From: a virus
Taxonomy: Duplodnaviria > Heunggongvirae > Uroviricota > Caudoviricetes
DNA: 29,078 nucleotides
IMG/VR virus record: IMGVR_UViG_3300026549_002453
Reading direction: 5' to 3' (one strand)
The position numbers and the translations under genes were made by a program. Position 1 is the first letter of the stretch. The number at the start of each line of letters is the position of its first letter. Below the pieces are notes generated by a model. It was not told where the DNA came from. It made no database searches and saw only the letters and a list, made by a program, of their open reading frames with translations. Below are positions 25,873 through 29,078 of the stretch, in pieces.

Positions 25873-26049
25873 ATGACTGGAAAAGAAATAATTAAGAAAA
25901 TTAACAAAATCACAGGAATTGTGAATGAATTATCTGAACAAAAGAATGTAGATGGTAAATTAATTACCAAAGCAATAAGAGAATTAAATGCTTATCAAAA
26001 AATTCTACAAGATGCTTTAGATAAGATTGATATAGATGTAAATGTATAG
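25873..26049 (+). CDS. small hypothetical protein (not in the ORF track)
   Basis: RBS AAGGAGG; MTGKEIIKKINKITG..., 58 aa. Confidence 0.65.
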   Translation: MTGKEIIKKINKITGIVNELSEQKNVDGKLITKAIRELNAYQKILQDALDKIDIDVNV

Positions 26050-26069
26050 TTCATACGAGAGGGATATAT

Positions 26070-29000
26070 ATGAAGAGAGGAAAAAGACTAGTAACATATT
26101 TACTATTATTTACAATGATTTTTACTTCTGTAATAGGAAGTAATTTTTCTGTTTTTGCAGAAGATAATACCAAGGAGCCTATTTTTTATTGTGATAAAGA
26201 AGAACATACTCACATAGATACTTGTTATAGTATATATAATGTTTTTGATTGCAAAGAATCACATGTGCATGAGGGCTCCTGTTTTTCTGAGTACAAATTT
26301 TTAGATTGTACCGAAGAAGAACATGTTCACGATAAGAATTGTGAGAATGAAGATTATAAAGAGCCAGAACCAGAGGTAGTTGAACCTACTGAAGAAGAAA
26401 AGAAAATAGAAAAAGCTCTAAAAGAAGAAGATAATTTATATATATCCTGTGAAGATGAAGAACATACTCACGTTAAAGAATGTTTTAAAGAGTATGATTT
26501 ATTAAATTGCGAAAAAGAGCATGAACACACAGAAGACTGTTCCACAAAGGCATTTGAAATTATATGCGAAAAAGAAGAACACGCTCATACCATTGATTGT
26601 GTTAGTGAAAAAGAAGTTATAGAAGAAAATGAAGAAACCAAAACAGAAGAAATAATTGTAGAAAAAAATGTTATAGAAGAAACTAAAGAAGAACCTAAAG
26701 AAGAAATTATAGAAGAATTATTAACAGAGCCAGATGTTACATTTATAGAAGGTGATAAAGAAACTGAAGCACTTATAGCTGAAAATCTAGATACTGAAAA
26801 AGAAGTTATAGAAGCATTAGTCGAACAAGAAAATATGACTAAGTCTCAGGCTAGGTCAGTTTCTAGAAATCTTATGAATACACCTATGAAATCAGGTCTT
26901 GCTCCTGAAGGTATAGAAAGACAAGGGGATGGTTCTAATATAGAAAATATATCTGCCAAATGGATAACAGTAGATACAGAAGACAATGATGACCCGGCTC
27001 TATTATATGTAAAACCACCAGGATATACAGATAATGAACAAATAGTTAAATTACAAATTAACTACGCTCTTTCTGGTGAACATGATTATGAGCCAGGCGA
27101 TGTTACCATTACTGTTCCTGCACATATTTTTAAGGACAGAGATGGAAATGATTACGGTAAACTAATTATTCCTTACGCAGAAGAACCAAGCACAAAGAAT
27201 GATTTTAACTGGAAAAGAATTGGTGATAATTATATTCTAACTAATACAAGAAGAATGAGTGCTGCCACAAAGGGATATATTCAATTTGCTATTTCTGGAC
27301 TTATTCCTCATGAAATTGTAGATATGGAAGAAACAGCTCCATTTAGTGCTTATATTGAAGTAGTAACTCACAGAGGAAATATTATTGGTCTTGAAAGTAA
27401 TGACCTTACCGCTCAAATAGACACAGAGGCAAAAGTAACCTCTGCAACAAAAAGAGTACAAGGAGAACCAATGAGAGTTCCAGCATCTGAAATTCCTGAA
27501 TCTCAAAGAATATCAGGAGAAGAAGAGTACATAGTAATTAACTGGTCACTTTGGGGAAGAATCCAAAGTAATACTATGTATGACCTTAAAATGGAAGATG
27601 TCATTATAGATGATTATGAAGGATTTATAGTAGATATCACTTCTGGATATACTACTAATCGTAATTTAATAGATGAAAGAAATGTCGAAGATGACATTTA
27701 TGATATTTATAGAGGTGGGGATACCCATACTTGGAATATTAAATCAGCATATCCTGCATCACAATTTGACCCAGATGTAGAATATGAGTTTAATAATAAA
27801 GTCGTGTTAACTCTTACAGAAGAAGACCCTGAAAGAGGTAGTGACCCACAATTAGTAACTACAGCTGAAGCAACCGTTAATACTACATTTATTTGGCATT
27901 TACCAGAATGGAAAGACCCAACTGGTCATTTTATGGTATGGAAAAATGGTAATGACGATAATGTAGGAAAGTCAACATACACGACACATAAGTACTATGA
28001 TTATTATAACTATAGTGATAGAAATTTAAGAAACAATGGATATTGGGGAATATATAACAAGGCTCTTAATGATTTAAGAGATGGAGCAGAGACATATGAA
28101 ATCGCATATACTGTAAATACTCTTGGCTATATTATGCCGTGGACATATGAAAGTGATGGCACTCCAGAAGGGGCTAGAAAATTAGACAACTATGGTAGAC
28201 ATGAAGTTACTATGGTTACCGAAGAAATGGGAGTAAGAATTGTAGGAGTAGGAGACCTTACTTTACATGAAGATTACGAATACAAGGCTATAGAATTCCC
28301 ATATGTGCCTATTATTTATTCAGCAGTACCACATAACATCAATCCTGATGGTTCTTGGGTAGCTTTAACTGCAGGCGATGGAACATTTCTATATTCAGAA
28401 GATACTGATGTTACTCATATTCCAGAAGTTATTTTAGAAATTTATAAAGATAATGAATGGATAGAATATGCAAAGGCAAATTATACTACAGGAGAGCCTG
28501 TTGTTTCTCTTATCGATGGGACTCCAGTAGAAGGCATAAGAGTAGAGTTACCAGAAGGTACAGAAAACTTTAGAACAAAAACAACTACTAATCTTGCGGG
28601 TATGTCTTATGACATGAGACCTATTATTGTGCTTAAAAATGTAAATAAAATTAGTACGCTTGTCGAAAAAGCATTCTCTACTTCTAACGTACCGACTATC
28701 AATGTGTATAATACTGTCAATATGAAAGCCTATGTAGATGATAGTACAGAAAGTCTATTATATTTACAGAAAGACGGATTTGATAAATTAAGAGGATATA
28801 AAGTAGATACAAAAATTGTGCCTAAAAAATCTTCAAGACAAACACTATCTGAAGATGTAGATTTTGAAAAGAGACTTGTTACTATTCACTATAGTGCTCA
28901 AGTTGAACAAAGAAGTTATATTAATGATAAAATAGTGTATGAAGAGGCTATAGCAGATGGAAGTCTTTCTCATGAAACAAGTGGTGTATGGAGAGACCTT

Positions 29001-29078
29001 TTACCGAAGGGTGTAACTCCTATTTTAGACACGGTTAGACTTCGCAATAAGGATAAAATAGTTAATGCGTACACTATT
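26070..29078 (+). CDS. large secreted surface/adhesin-like protein, 3'-truncated by the window (not in the ORF track)
   Basis: Signal peptide MKRGKRLVTYLLLFTMIFTSVIGSNFSVFA; six C-x3/4-H-x-H-x3-C repeats; Glu-rich linker; beta-rich region. The frame appears open to the window end (about 1000 codons). Confidence 0.8.
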   Translation, partial: MKRGKRLVTYLLLFTMIFTSVIGSNFSVFAEDNTKEPIFYCDKEEHTHIDTCYSIYNVFDCKESHVHEGSCFSEYKFLDCTEEEHVHDKNCENEDYKEPEPEVVEPTEEEKKIEKALKEEDNLYISCEDEEHTHVKECFKEYDLLNCEKEHEHTEDCSTKAFEIICEKEEHAHTIDCVSEKEVIEENEETKTEEIIVEKNVIEETKEEPKEEIIEELLTEPDVTFIEGDKETEALIAENLDTEKEVIEALVEQENMTKSQARSVSRNLMNTPMKSGLAPEGIERQGDGSNIENISAKWITVDTEDNDDPALLYVKPPGYTDNEQIVKLQINYALSGEHDYEPGDVTITVPAHIFKDRDGNDYGKLIIPYAEEPSTKNDFNWKRIGDNYILTNTRRMSAATKGYIQFAISGLIPHEIVDMEETAPFSAYIEVVTHRGNIIGLESNDLTAQIDTEAKVTSATKRVQGEPMRVPASEIPESQRISGEEEYIVINWSLWGRIQSNTMYDLKMEDVIIDDYEGFIVDITSGYTTNRNLIDERNVEDDIYDIYRGGDTHTWNIKSAYPASQFDPDVEYEFNNKVVLTLTEEDPERGSDPQLVTTAEATVNTTFIWHLPEWKDPTGHFMVWKNGNDDNVGKSTYTTHKYYDYYNYSDRNLRNNGYWGIYNKALNDLRDGAETYEIAYTVNTLGYIMPWTYESDGTPEGARKLDNYGRHEVTMVTEEMGVRIVGVGDLTLHEDYEYKAIEFPYVPIIYSAVPHNINPDGSWVALTAGDGTFLYSEDTDVTHIPEVILEIYKDNEWIEYAKANYTTGEPVVSLIDGTPVEGIRVELPEGTENFRTKTTTNLAGMSYDMRPIIVLKNVNKISTLVEKAFSTSNVPTINVYNTVNMKAYVDDSTESLLYLQKDGFDKLRGYKVDTKIVPKKSSRQTLSEDVDFEKRLVTIHYSAQVEQRSYINDKIVYEEAIADGSLSHETSGVWRDLLPKGVTPILDTVRLRNKDKIVNAYTI

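Noticed and set aside
1429-27506. All minus-strand ORFs in the track
   Set aside because: They are antisense shadows of well-supported + strand genes, with no recognisable motifs.
1-29078. Stop-codon reassignment (often linked to theta-ribozyme phages)
   Set aside because: Long conserved genes are intact in the standard code. TAG/TGA stops are followed closely by the next RBS (e.g. 4681, 14248), and no suppressor tRNA was seen.

Overview
An AT-rich, densely packed window with essentially every real gene on the + strand. It is most consistent with a large (jumbo-type) phage, or a phage-like element, of a Gram-positive (Bacillota) host. The support is T4 gp46/gp47-like SbcCD nuclease genes, SSB, an HNH endonuclease, a guanylate-kinase-like enzyme, many short hypothetical ORFs with strong GGAG/AAGGAG RBSs, sigmaA-like promoters and a tRNA cluster. 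No structural virion genes lie in the window, so the phage identity is inferred. Three accessory modules stand out. (1) An RNA-rich island of about 2.6 kb (21.1-23.7 kb) holds tRNA-Ser, -Pro and -Asn, a degenerate tRNA-Gly and two tRNA-like RNAs. It also holds three covarying copies of an uncharacterised GUGA-N5-ACWGCAA...UCAUG stem motif, anti-Shine-Dalgarno hairpins and a minimal HDV-like (theta-type) ribozyme. The island runs directly into a DUF2828 (TROVE/Ro60-like + vWA) gene. (2) A RelA/SpoT-like nucleotidyltransferase toxin follows an immunity-like domain fused to an HD hydrolase. (3) A sortase-dependent surface-display kit comprises a catalytically dead SipA-like signal peptidase, a class B sortase and a >1000 aa secreted adhesin-like protein, alongside other envelope enzymes. 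All family calls come from motif recognition by eye; no searches or folding programs were run.
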